NCBI GenBank assembly: GCA_964016885.1
Contig: OZ024741.1
Location: 5,952,001 to 6,016,000, forward strand
DNA length: 64,000 bases
DNA from: Eledone cirrhosa
Lineage: Eukaryota
Direction: 5' to 3'
Made by a program: the position numbers and the translations under genes. Under the pieces are notes generated by a model. It was not told where the DNA came from. It did not search any database and saw nothing but the letters and a program-made list of their open reading frames with translations. Below are positions 49,401-61,400 of this stretch, in pieces. Position 1 is the first letter of the stretch; each line of letters opens with the position of its first letter.

Positions 49401-52400
49401 AGAAAGTTTGCTTCAATAGGGCAGCACCCCAGAAGGAAGAAAGTGAACGCTTGTTTCAATAGGGCAGCACCCTAAAAGGAAGAAAGGGAACGCTTCTTTC
49501 AATAGGGCAGCACCCCTAAAGGAAGAAAGGGAACGTTTGTGTCAATAGGGCAGCACCCCTAAAGGAAGAAAGGGAACGATTGTTTCAATAGGGCAGCACC
49601 CCAAAAGGAAGAAAGGGAAGGCTGGTTTCAATAGGTCAGCACCCAAAAAGGAAGAAAGGGAAGACTTATTTCAATAGGGCAGCCCCCCAAAAGGAAGAAA
49701 GGGAACGTTTGTTTCAATAGGGCAGCACCCGAAAAGGAAGAAAGGGAAGGCGTGTTTCAATAGGGCAGCACCCCAAAAGGAAGAACGTGAAGGCTTGTTT
49801 CCATAGGGCAGCACCCCAAAAGGAAGAAAGGGAACGTTTGTTTCAATAGGGCAGCACCCGACAAGGAAGAAAGGGAATGTGTGTTTCAATAGGGCAGCAT
49901 CCCAAAAGGAAGAAAGTGGACGTTTGTTTCAATAGGGCCACACCCCAGAAGGAAGAAAGGGAACGCTTGTGTCAATAGGCCAGCACCCCAAAAGGAAGAA
50001 TGGGAAGGCTTGTTTCAATAGGGCAGCACCCCAAAAGGAAGAAAGGGAACGTTTGTTTCAATAGGGCAGCACCCGAAAAGGAAGAAAGGGAATGCGTGTT
50101 TCAATAGGGCAACATCCCAAAAGGAAGAAAGGGAACGTTTGTTTCAATAGGGCAGCACCCCAGAAGGAAGAAAGGGGACGCTGGTGTCAATAGGGCAGCA
50201 CCCCTAAAGGAAGAAAGGGAAGGCTTATTTTAATAGGCAGCATCCTAAAAGGAAGAAAGGGAACGTTTGTTTCAATAGGGCAGCACCCCAGAAGGAAGAA
50301 AGGGAACGCTTGTGACAATAGGGCAGCACCCCAAAAGGAAGAAAGGGAAGGCTTGTTTCAATAGGGCAACACCCCAAAAGGAAGAAAGGGAAGGCTTGTT
50401 TCAATAGGGCAGCACCCCTAAAGGAAGAAAGGGAACGTTTGTTTCAATAGGGCAGCACAACTAAAGGAAGAAAGGGAACGCTTGTTTCAATAGGGCAGCA
50501 CCCCAAAAGGAAGAATGGGAACGCTTGTTTCAATAGGGCAGCACCCCAAAAGGAAGAATGGGAACGCTTGTTTCAATAGGGCAGCACCCCAAAAGGAAGA
50601 AAGGGAAGGCTTGTTTCAATAGGGCAGCACCCCAAAAGGAAGAAAGGGATGGCTTGTTTCAATAGGGCAGCACCCCAAAAGCAAGAGAGGTAACGCTTGT
50701 TTCAATAGAGCAGCAACCCAAAAGGAAGAAAGGGAAGGCTTGTTTCAATAGGGCAGCACCCCAAAACGAAGAACGGGAAGTGTGGTTTCAATAGGGCAGC
50801 ATCCCAAAAGGAAGAAAGGGAACGATTGTTTCAATAGGGCAGCATCCCAAAAGGAAGAAAGGGAACGTTTGTTTCAATAGGGCAGCACCCCAGAAGGAAG
50901 AAAGGGGACGCTGGTGTCAATAGGGCAGCACCCCAAAAGGAAGAAAGGGAAGGCTTGTTTCAATAGGGCAGCACACCTAAAGGAAGAAAGGGAACGCTTG
51001 TTTCAATAGGGCAGCACCCCAAAAGCAAGAGAGGTAACGCTTGTTTCAATAGGGCAGCAACCCAAAAGGAAGAAAGGGAAGGCTTATTTCAATAGGGCAG
51101 CCCACCAAAATGAAGAAAGGGAAGGCTTGTTTCAATAGGACAGCACCCCAAAAGGAAGAAAGGGAACGTTTGTTTCAATAGGGCAGCACCCGAAAATGAA
51201 GAAAAGGAAGGCGTGTTTCAATAGGGCAGCATCCCAAAAGGAAGAAAGGGAACGCTTATTTCAATAGGGCAGCACCCCAAAAGGAAGAAAGGGAAGGCTT
51301 GTTTAAATAGGGCAGCACACCAAAAGGAAGAAAGGGAAGGCTTATTTCAATAGGGCAGCCCACCAAAATGAAGGAAGGGAAGGCTTGTTTCAATAGGGCA
51401 GCTCCCCAAAACGTAGTAAGGGAAGGCTTGTTACAATAGGGCAGCACCCTTAAAAGAAGAAAGGGAACGCTTGTTTCAATAGGGCAGCACACCTAAAGGA
51501 AGAAAGGGAACGCTTGTTACAATAGGGCAGCACCCCAAAAGGAAGAAGGCGAACGCTTGTTTCAATAGGGCAGCACCCCAAAAGGAAGAACGGGAACGCT
51601 TGTTTCAATAGGGCAGCTCCCCAAAAGGAAGAAAGGGAAGGCTTGTTTCAATAGGGCAGCACCCCAAAAGGAAGAAAGGGAAGGCTTATTTCAATAGGGC
51701 AGCCCACCAACATGAAGAAAGGGAAGGCTTGTTTCAATAGGGCAGCTCCCCAAAACGTAGTAAGGGAAGCCATGTTTCAATAGGGCAGCACCCCAAAAGG
51801 AAGAAAGGGATGGCTTGTTTCAATAGGGCAGCACCCCAAAACGAAGAACGGTAAGGCTTGGTTCAATAGGGCAGCATGCCAAAAGGAAGAAACGGAACGT
51901 TTGTTTCAATAGGGCAGCACCCCAAAAGGAAGAAAGGGAAGGCTTATTCCAATAGGGCAGCCTACCAAAATGAAGAATGGGAAGGCTTGTTTCAATAGGA
52001 CAGCACCCCAAAAGGAAGAAAGGGAACGTTTGTTTCAATAGGGCAGCACCCCAAAAGGAAGAAAAGGAAGGCGTGTTTCAATAGGGCAGCATCCCAAAAG
52101 GAAGAAAGGGAACGCTTGTTTCAATAGGGCAGCACCCCAAAAGGAAGAAAGGGAAGGCTTGTTTCAATAGGGCAGCACCCCAAAAGGAAGAAAGGGAAGG
52201 CTTGTTTCAATAGGGCAGCTCCCCAAAACGTAGTAAGGGAAGGCTTGTTTCAATAGGGCAGCATCCCAAAAGGAAGAAAGGGAACGATTGTTTCAATAGG
52301 GCAGCATCCCAAAAGGAAGAAAGGGAACGTTTGTTTCAATAGGGCAGCACCCCAGAAGGAAGAAAAGGAAGGCTTGTTTCAATAGGGCAGCACCCCTAAA

Positions 52401-55400
52401 GGAAGAAAGGGAACGTTTGTTTCAATAGGGCAGCACACCTAAAGGAAGAAACGGAACGCTTGTTTCAATAGGGCATCACCCCAAAAGGAAGAAAGCGAAC
52501 GCTTGTTTCAATAGGGCAGCACCCCAAAAGGAAGAAAGGGAAGGCTTGTTTCAATAGGACAGCACCCGAAAAGGAAGAAAGGGAAGGCTTGTTCAATAGG
52601 GCAGCACCCGAAAAGGAAGAAAATGAAGGCGTGTTTCAATAGGGCAGCATCCCAAAAGGAAGAAAGGGAACGCTTATTTCAATAGGGCAGCACCCCAAAA
52701 GGAAGAAAGGGAAGGCTTGTTTAAATAGGGCAGCACCCCAAAAGGAAGAAAGGGAAGGCTTATTTCAATAGGGCAGCCCACCAAAATGAAGAAAGGGAAG
52801 GCTTGTTTCAATAGGGCAGCTCCCCAAAACGTAGTAAGGGAAGGCTTGTTTCAATAGGGCAGCACCCTTAAAAGAAGAAAGGGAACGCTTGTTTCAATAG
52901 GGCAGCACACCTAAAGGAAGAAAGGGAACGCTTGTTTCAATAGGGCAGCACCCCAAAAGGAAGAAGGCGAACGCTTGTTTCAATAAGGCAGCACCCCAAA
53001 AGGAAGAATGGGAACGCTTGTTTCAATAGGGCAGCTCCCCAAAAGGAAGAAAGGGAAGGCTTATTTCAATAGGGCAGCCCACCAACATGAAGAAAGGGAA
53101 GGCTTGTTTCAATAGGGCAGCTCCCCAAAACGTAGTAAGGGAAGGCATGTTTCAATAGGGCAGCACCCCAAAAGGAAGAAAGGGAAGGCTTGTTTCAATA
53201 GGGCAGCATCCCAAAAGGAAGAAACGGAACGTTTGTTTCAATAGGGCAGCACCCCAAAAGGAAGAATGGGAACGCTTGTTTCAATAGGGCAGCACCCCAA
53301 AAGGAAGAAAGGGAAGGCTTATTTCAATAGGGCAGCCACCAAAATGGAGAAAGGGAACGTTTGTTTCAATAGGGCAGCACCCGAAAAGGAAGAAAAGGAA
53401 GGCGTGTTTCAATAGGGCAGCATCCCAAAAGGAAGAAAGGGAACGCTTGTTTCAATAGGGCAGCACCCCAAAAGGAAGAAAGGGAAGGCTTGTTTCAATA
53501 GGGCAGCACCCCAAAAGGAAGAAAGGGAAGGCTTGTTTCAATAGGGCAGCACCCCAAAACGAAGAACGGTAAGGCTTGGTTCAATAGGGCAGTATCCCAA
53601 AAGGAAGAAAGGGAACGTTTGTTTCAATAGGGCAGCACCCCAGAAGGAAGAAAGGGAACGCTTGTGTCAATAGGGCAGCACCCCAAAAGTAAGAAAGGGA
53701 AGGCTTCTTTCAATAGGGCAGCACCCTAAAAGGAAGAAAGGGAACGCTTGTTTCAATAGGGCAGCACCCTTAAAAGAAGAAAGGGATGGCTTGTTTCAAT
53801 AGGGCAGCACCCCAAAAGGAAGAAAGTGAACGATTTTTTCAATAGGGCAGCACCCCAAAAGGAAGAAAGGGAACGTTTGTTTCAATAGGGCAGCACCCCA
53901 GAAGGAAGAAAGTGAACGCTTGTGTCAATAGGGCAGCACCCCAAAGGAAGAAAGGGAAGGCTTGTTTCAATAGGGCAGCACCCTAAAAGGAAGAAAGGGA
54001 ACGCTTCTTTCAATAGGGCAGCACCCCTAAAGGAAGAAAGGGAATGTTTGTGTCAATAGGGCAGCACCCCTAAAGGAAGAAAGGGAACGCTTGTTTCAAT
54101 AGGGCAGCACCCCAAAAGGAAGAAAGGGAAGGCTTGTTTCAATAGGGCAGCACCCAAAAAGGAAGAAAGGGAACGTTTATTTCAATAAGGCAGCCCCCCA
54201 AAAGGAAGAAAGGGAACGTTTGATTCAATAGGGCAGCACCCGAAAAGGAAGAAAGGGAAGGCGTGTTTCAATAGGGCAGCACCCCAAAACGAAGGACGCG
54301 AAGGCTTGTTTCAATAGGGCAGCACCCCAAAAGGAAGAAAGGGAACGTTTGTTTCAATAGGGCAGCACCCGAAAAGGAAGAAAGGGAATGCGTGTTTCAA
54401 TAGGGCAGCATCCCAAAAGGAAGAAAGTGGACGTTTGTTTCAATAGGGCAGCACCCCAAAAGGAAGAAAGGGAAGGCTTGTTTCAATAGGGCAGCTCCCC
54501 AAAACGTAGTAAGGGAAGGCTTGTTTTAATAGGGCAGCACCCCAAAACGAAGAACGGGAAGGCTTGTTTCAATAGGGCAGCACCCCAAAAGGAAGAAAGG
54601 GAACGTTTGTTTCAATAGGGCAGCACCCGAAAGGAAGAAAGGGAACGTTTGTTTCAATAGGGCAGCACCCCAGAAGGAAGAAAGGGGACGCTGGTGTCAA
54701 TAGGGCAGCACCCTAAAAGGAAGAAAGGGAAGGCTTATTTCAATAGGCAGCATCCTAAAAGGAAGAAAGGGAAGGCTTGTTTCAATAGGGCAGCACCCCT
54801 AAAGGAAGAAAGGGAACGTTTGTATCAATAGGGCAGCACACCTAAAGGAAGAAAGGGAACGCTTGTTTCAATAGGGCAGCACCCCAAAAGGAAGAAAGCA
54901 AATGCTTGTTTCAATAGGGCAGCACCCAAAAAGGAAGAATGGGAACGCTTGTTTCAATAGGGCAGCTCCCCAAAAGGAAGAAAGGGAAGGCTTGTTTCAA
55001 TAGGGCAGCACCCCAAAAGGAAGAAAGGGAAGGCTTATTTCAATAGGGCAGCACCCGAAAAGGAAGAAAAGAAAGGCGTGTTTCAATAGGGCAGCATCCC
55101 AAAAGGAAGAAAGGGAACGCTTATTTCAATAGGGCAGCACCCCAAAAGGAAGAAAGGGAAGGCTTGTTTCAATAGGCCAGCTCCCCAAAACGTAGTAAGG
55201 GAAGGCTTGTTTCAATAGGGCAGCACCCTTAAAAGAAGAAAGGGAACGCTTGTTTCAATAGGGCAGCACCCCTATAGTAAGAAAGGGAACGCTTGTTTCA
55301 ATAGGGCAGCACCCCAAAAGGAAGAAAGCGAACGCTTGTTTCAATAGGGCTGCACCCCAAAAGGAAGAATGGGAACGCTTGTTTCAATAGGGCAGCTCCC

Positions 55401-58400
55401 CAAAAGGAAGAAAGGGAAGGCTTGTTTCAATAGGGCAGCACCCCAAAAGGAAGAAAGGGAAGGCTTATTTCAATAGGGCAGCCCACCAAAATGAAGAAAG
55501 GGAACGTTTGTTTCAATAGGGCAGCACCCGAAAAGGAAGAAAAGGAAGGCGTGTTTCAATAGGGCAGCTCCCCAAAAGGAAGAAAGGGAACGCTTGTTTC
55601 AATAGGGCAGCACCCCAAAAGGAAGAAAGGGAAGGCTTGTTTCAATAGGGCAGCACCACAAAAGGAAGAAAGGGAAGGCTTGTTTCAATAGGGCAGCACC
55701 CCAAAACGAAGAACGGTAAGGCTTGGTTCAATAGGGCAGTATCCCAAAAGGAAGAAAGGGAACGTTTGTGTCAATAGGGCAGCACCCCAGAAGGAATAAA
55801 GGGAACGCTTGTGTCAATAGGGCAGCACCCCAAAAGTAAGAAAGGGAAGGCTTCTTTCAATAGGGCAGCACCCTAAAAGGAAGAAAGGGAACGCTTGTTT
55901 CAATAGGGCAGCCCCCTTTAAAGAAGAAAGTGATGGCTTGTTTCAATAGGGCAGCACCCCAAAAGGAAGAAAGGGAAGGCTTGTTTCAATGGGGCAGCAC
56001 CCGAAAAGGAAGAAAGGGGAGACTTGTTTCAATAGGGCAGCATCAAAAAGGAAGAAAGAGAACGATTATTTCAATAGCGCAGCATGCCAAAAGGAAGAAA
56101 GGGGACGCTTGTTTCAATAGGGCAGCACCCCAGAAGGAAGAAAGGGAACGCTTGTGTCAATAGGGCAGCACCCCAAAAGGAATAAAGGGAAGGCTGGTTT
56201 CAATAGGGCAGCACCCCAAAAGGAAGAAAGGGAACGATTTTTTCAATACGGCAGCCCCCCAAAACGAAGAAAGAGAAAGTTTGCTTCAATAGGGCAGCAC
56301 CCCAGAAGGAAGAAAGTGAACGCTTGTTTCAATAGGGCAGCACCCTAAAAGGAAGAAAGGGAACGCTTCTTTCAATAGGGCAGCACCCCTAAAGGAAGAA
56401 AGGGAACGTTTGTGTCAATAGGGCAGCACCCCTAAAGGAAGAAAGGGAACGATTGTTTCAATAGGGCAGCACCCCAAAAGGAAGAAAGGGAAGGCTTGTT
56501 TCAATAGGGCAGCACCCAAAAAGGAAGAAAGGGAACGTTTATTTCAATAAGGCAGCCCCCCAAAAGGAAGAAAGGGAACGTTTGATTCAATAGGGCAGCA
56601 CCCGAAAAGGAAGAAAGGGAAGGCGTGTTTCAATAGGGCAGCACCCCAAAACGAAGGACGCGAAGGCTTGTTTCAATAGGGCAGCACCCCAAAAGGAAGA
56701 AAGGGAACGTTTGTTTCAATAGGGCAGCACCCGAAAAGGAAGAAAGGGAATGCGTGTTTCAATAGGGCAGCATCCCAAAAGGAAGAAAGTGGACGTTTGT
56801 TTCAATAGGGCAGCACCCCAAAAGGAAGAAAGGGAAGGCTTGTTTCAATAGGGCAGCTCCCCAAAACGTAGTAAGGGAAGGCTTGTTTTAATAGGGCAGC
56901 ACCCCAAAACGAAGAACGGGAAGGCTTGTTTCAATAGGGCAGCACCCCAAAAGGAAGAAAGGGAACGTTTGTTTCAATAGGGCAGCACCCGAAAGGAAGA
57001 AAGGGAACGTTTGTTTCAATAGGGCAGCACCCCAGAAGGAAGAAAGGGGACGCTGGTGTCAATAGGGCAGCACCCTAAAAGGAAGAAAGGGAAGGCTTAT
57101 TTCAATAGGCAGCATCCTAAAAGGAAGAAAGGGAAGGCTTGTTTCAATAGGGCAGCACCCCTAAAGGAAGAAAGGGAACGTTTGTATCAATAGGGCAGCA
57201 CACCTAAAGGAAGAAAGGGAACGCTTGTTTCAATAGGGCAGCACCCCAAAAGGAAGAAAGCAAACGCTTGTTTCAATAGGGCAGCACCCAAAAAGGAAGA
57301 ATGGGAACGCTTGTTTCAATAGGGCAGCTCCCCAAAAGGAAGAAAGGGAAGGCTTGTTTCAATAGGGCAGCACCCCAAAAGGAAGAAAGGGAAGGCTTAT
57401 TTCAATAGGGCAGCACCCGAAAAGGAAGAAAAGAAAGGCGTGTTTCAATAGGGCAGCATCCCAAAAGGAAGAAAGGGAACGCTTATTTCAATAGGGCAGC
57501 ACCCCAAAAGGAAGAAAGGGAAGGCTTGTTTCAATAGGCCAGCTCCCCAAAACGTAGTAAGGGAAGGCTTGTTTCAATAGGGCAGCACCCTTAAAAGAAG
57601 AAAGGGAACGCTTGTTTCAATAGGGCAGCACCCCTATAGTAAGAAAGGGAACGCTTGTTTCAATAGGGCAGCACCCCAAAAGGAAGAAAGCGAACGCTTG
57701 TTTCAATAGGGCTGCACCCCAAAAGGAAGAATGGGAACGCTTGTTTCAATAGGGCAGCTCCCCAAAAGGAAGAAAGGGAAGGCTTGTTTCAATAGGGCAG
57801 CACCCCAAAAGGAAGAAAGGGAAGGCTTATTTCAATAGGGCAGCCCACCAAAATGAAGAAAGGGAACGTTTGTTTCAATAGGGCAGCACCCGAAAAGGAA
57901 GAAAAGGAAGGCGTGTTTCAATAGGGCAGCTCCCCAAAAGGAAGAAAGGGAACGCTTGTTTCAATAGGGCAGCACCCCAAAAGGAAGAAAGGGAACGTTT
58001 GTGTCAATAGGGCAGCACCCCAGAAGGAATAAAGGGAACGCTTGTGTCAATAGGGCAGCACCCCAAAAGTAAGAAAGGGAAGGCTTCTTTCAATAGGGCA
58101 GCACCCTAAAAGGAAGAAAGGGAACGCTTGTTTCAATAGGGCAGCCCCCTTTAAAGAAGAAAGTGATGGCTTGTTTCAATAGGGCAGCACCCCAAAAGGA
58201 AGAAAGGGAAGGCTTGTTTCAATGGGGCAGCACCCGAAAAGGAAGAAAGGGGAGACTTGTTTCAATAGGGCAGCATCAAAAAGGAAGAAAGAGAACGATT
58301 ATTTCAATAGCGCAGCATGCCAAAAGGAAGAAAGGGGACGCTTGTTTCAATAGGGCAGCACCCCAGAAGGAAGAAAGGGAACGCTTGTGTCAATAGGGCA

Positions 58401-61400
58401 GCACCCCAAAAGGAATAAAGGGAAGGCTGGTTTCAATAGGGCAGCACCCCAAAAGGAAGAAAGGGAACGATTTTTTCAATACGGCAGCCCCCCAAAACGA
58501 AGAAAGAGAAAGTTTGCTTCAATAGGGCAGCACCCCAGAAGGAAGAAAGTGAACGCTTGTTTCAATAGGGCAGCACCCTAAAAGGAAGAAAGGGAACGCT
58601 TCTTTCAATAGGGCAGCACCCCTAAAGGAAGAAAGGGAACGTTTGTGTCAATAGGGCAGCACCCCTAAAGGAAGAAAGGGAACGATTGTTTCAATAGGGC
58701 AGCACCCCAAAAGGAAGAAAGGGAAGGCTTGTTTCAATAGGGCAGCACCCAAAAAGGAAGAAAGGGAACGTTTATTTCAATAAGGCAGCCCCCCAAAAGG
58801 AAGAAAGGGAACGTTTGATTCAATAGGGCAGCACCCGAAAAGGAAGAAAGGGAAGGCGTGTTTCAATAAGGCAGCACCCCAAAACGAAGGACGCGAAGGC
58901 TTGTTTCAATAGGGCAGCACCCCAAAAGGAAGAAAGGGAACGTTTGTTTCAATAGGGCAGCACCCGAAAAGGAAGAAAGGGAATGCGTGTTTCAATAGGG
59001 CAGCATCCCAAAAGGAAGAAAGTGGACGTTTGTTTCAATAGGGCAGCACCCCAAAAGGAAGAAAGGGAAGGCTTGTTTCAATAGGGCAGCTCCCCAAAAC
59101 GTAGTAAGGGAAGGCTTGTTTTAATAGGGCAGCACCCCAAAACGAAGAACGGGAAGGCTTGTTTCAATAGGGCAGCACCCCAAAAGGAAGAAAGGGAACG
59201 TTTGTTTCAATAGGGCAGCACCCGAAAGGAAGAAAGGGAACGTTTGTTTCAATAGGGCAGCACCCCAGAAGGAAGAAAGGGGACGCTGGTGTCAATAGGG
59301 CAGCACCCTAAAAGGAAGAAAGGGAAGGCTTATTTCAATAGGCAGCATCCTAAAAGGAAGAAAGGGAAGGCTTGTTTCAATAGGGCAGCACCCCTAAAGG
59401 AAGAAAGGGAACGTTTGTATCAATAGGGCAGCACACCTAAAGGAAGAAAGGGAACGCTTGTTTCAATAGGGCAGCACCCCAAAAGGAAGAAAGCAAACGC
59501 TTGTTTCAATAGGGCAGCACCCAAAAAGGAAGAATGGGAACGCTTGTTTCAATAGGGCAGCTCCCCAAAAGGAAGAAAGGGAAGGCTTGTTTCAATAGGG
59601 CAGCACCCCAAAAGGAAGAAAGGGAAGGCTTATTTCAATAGGGCAGCACCCGAAAAGGAAGAAAAGAAAGGCGTGTTTCAATAGGGCAGCATCCCAAAAG
59701 GAAGAAAGGGAACGCTTATTTCAATAGGGCAGCACCCCAAAAGGAAGAAAGGGAAGGCTTGTTTCAATAGGCCAGCTCCCCAAAACGTAGTAAGGGAAGG
59801 CTTGTTTCAATAGGGCAGCACCCTTAAAAGAAGAAAGGGAACGCTTGTTTCAATAGGGCAGCACCCCTATAGTAAGAAAGGGAACGCTTGTTTCAATAGG
59901 GCAGCACCCCAAAAGGAAGAAAGCGAACGCTTGTTTCAATAGGGCTGCACCCCAAAAGGAAGAATGGGAACGCTTGTTTCAATAGGGCAGCTCCCCAAAA
60001 GGAAGAAAGGGAAGGCTTGTTTCAATAGGGCAGCACCCCAAAAGGAAGAAAGGGAAGGCTTATTTCAATAGGGCAGCCCACCAAAATGAAGAAAGGGAAC
60101 GTTTGTTTCAATAGGGCAGCACCCGAAAAGGAAGAAAAGGAAGGCGTGTTTCAATAGGGCAGCTCCCCAAAAGGAAGAAAGGGAACGCTTGTTTCAATAG
60201 GGCAGCACCCCAAAAGGAAGAAAGGGAAGGCTTGTTTCAATAGGGCAGCACCACAAAAGGAAGAAAGGGAAGGCTTGTTTCAATAGGGCAGCACCCCAAA
60301 ACGAAGAACGGTAAGGCTTGGTTCAATAGGGCAGTATCCCAAAAGGAAGAAAGGGAACGTTTGTGTCAATAGGGCAGCACCCCAGAAGGAATAAAGGGAA
60401 CGCTTGTGTCAATAGGGCAGCACCCCAAAAGTAAGAAAGGGAAGGCTTCTTTCAATAGGGCAGCACCCTAAAAGGAAGAAAGGGAACGCTTGTTTCAATA
60501 GGGCAGCCCCCTTTAAAGAAGAAAGTGATGGCTTGTTTCAATAGGGCAGCACCCCAAAAGGAAGAAAGGGAAGGCTTGTTTCAATGGGGCAGCACCCGAA
60601 AAGGAAGAAAGGGGAGACTTGTTTCAATAGGGCAGCATCAAAAAGGAAGAAAGAGAACGATTATTTCAATAGCGCAGCATGCCAAAAGGAAGAAAGGGGA
60701 CGCTTGTTTCAATAGGGCAGCACCCCAGAAGGAAGAAAGGGAACGCTTGTGTCAATAGGGCAGCACCCCAAAAGGAATAAAGGGAAGGCTGGTTTCAATA
60801 GGGCAGCACCCCAAAAGGAAGAAAGGGAACGATTTTTTCAATACGGCAGCCCCCCAAAACGAAGAAAGAGAAAGTTTGCTTCAATAGGGCAGCACCCCAG
60901 AAGGAAGAAAGTGAACGCTTGTTTCAATAGGGCAGCACCCTAAAAGGAAGAAAGGGAACGCTTCTTTCAATAGGGCAGCACCCCTAAAGGAAGAAAGGGA
61001 ACGTTTGTGTCAATAGGGCAGCACCCCTAAAGGAAGAAAGGGAACGATTGTTTCAATAGGGCAGCACCCCAAAAGGAAGAAAGGGAAGGCTGGTTTCAAT
61101 AGGTCAGCACCCAAAAAGGAAGAAAGGGAAGACTTATTTCAATAGGGCAGCCCCCCAAAAGGAAGAAAGGGAACGTTTGTTTCAATAGGGCAGCACCCGA
61201 AAAGGAAGAAAGGGAAGGCGTGTTTCAATAGGGCAGCACCCCAAAAGGAAGAACGTGAAGGCTTGTTTCCATAGGGCAGCACCCCAAAAGGAAGAAAGGG
61301 AACGTTTGTTTCAATAGGGCAGCACCCGACAAGGAAGAAAGGGAATGTGTGTTTCAATAGGGCAGCATCCCAAAAGGAAGAAAGTGGACGTTTGTTTCAA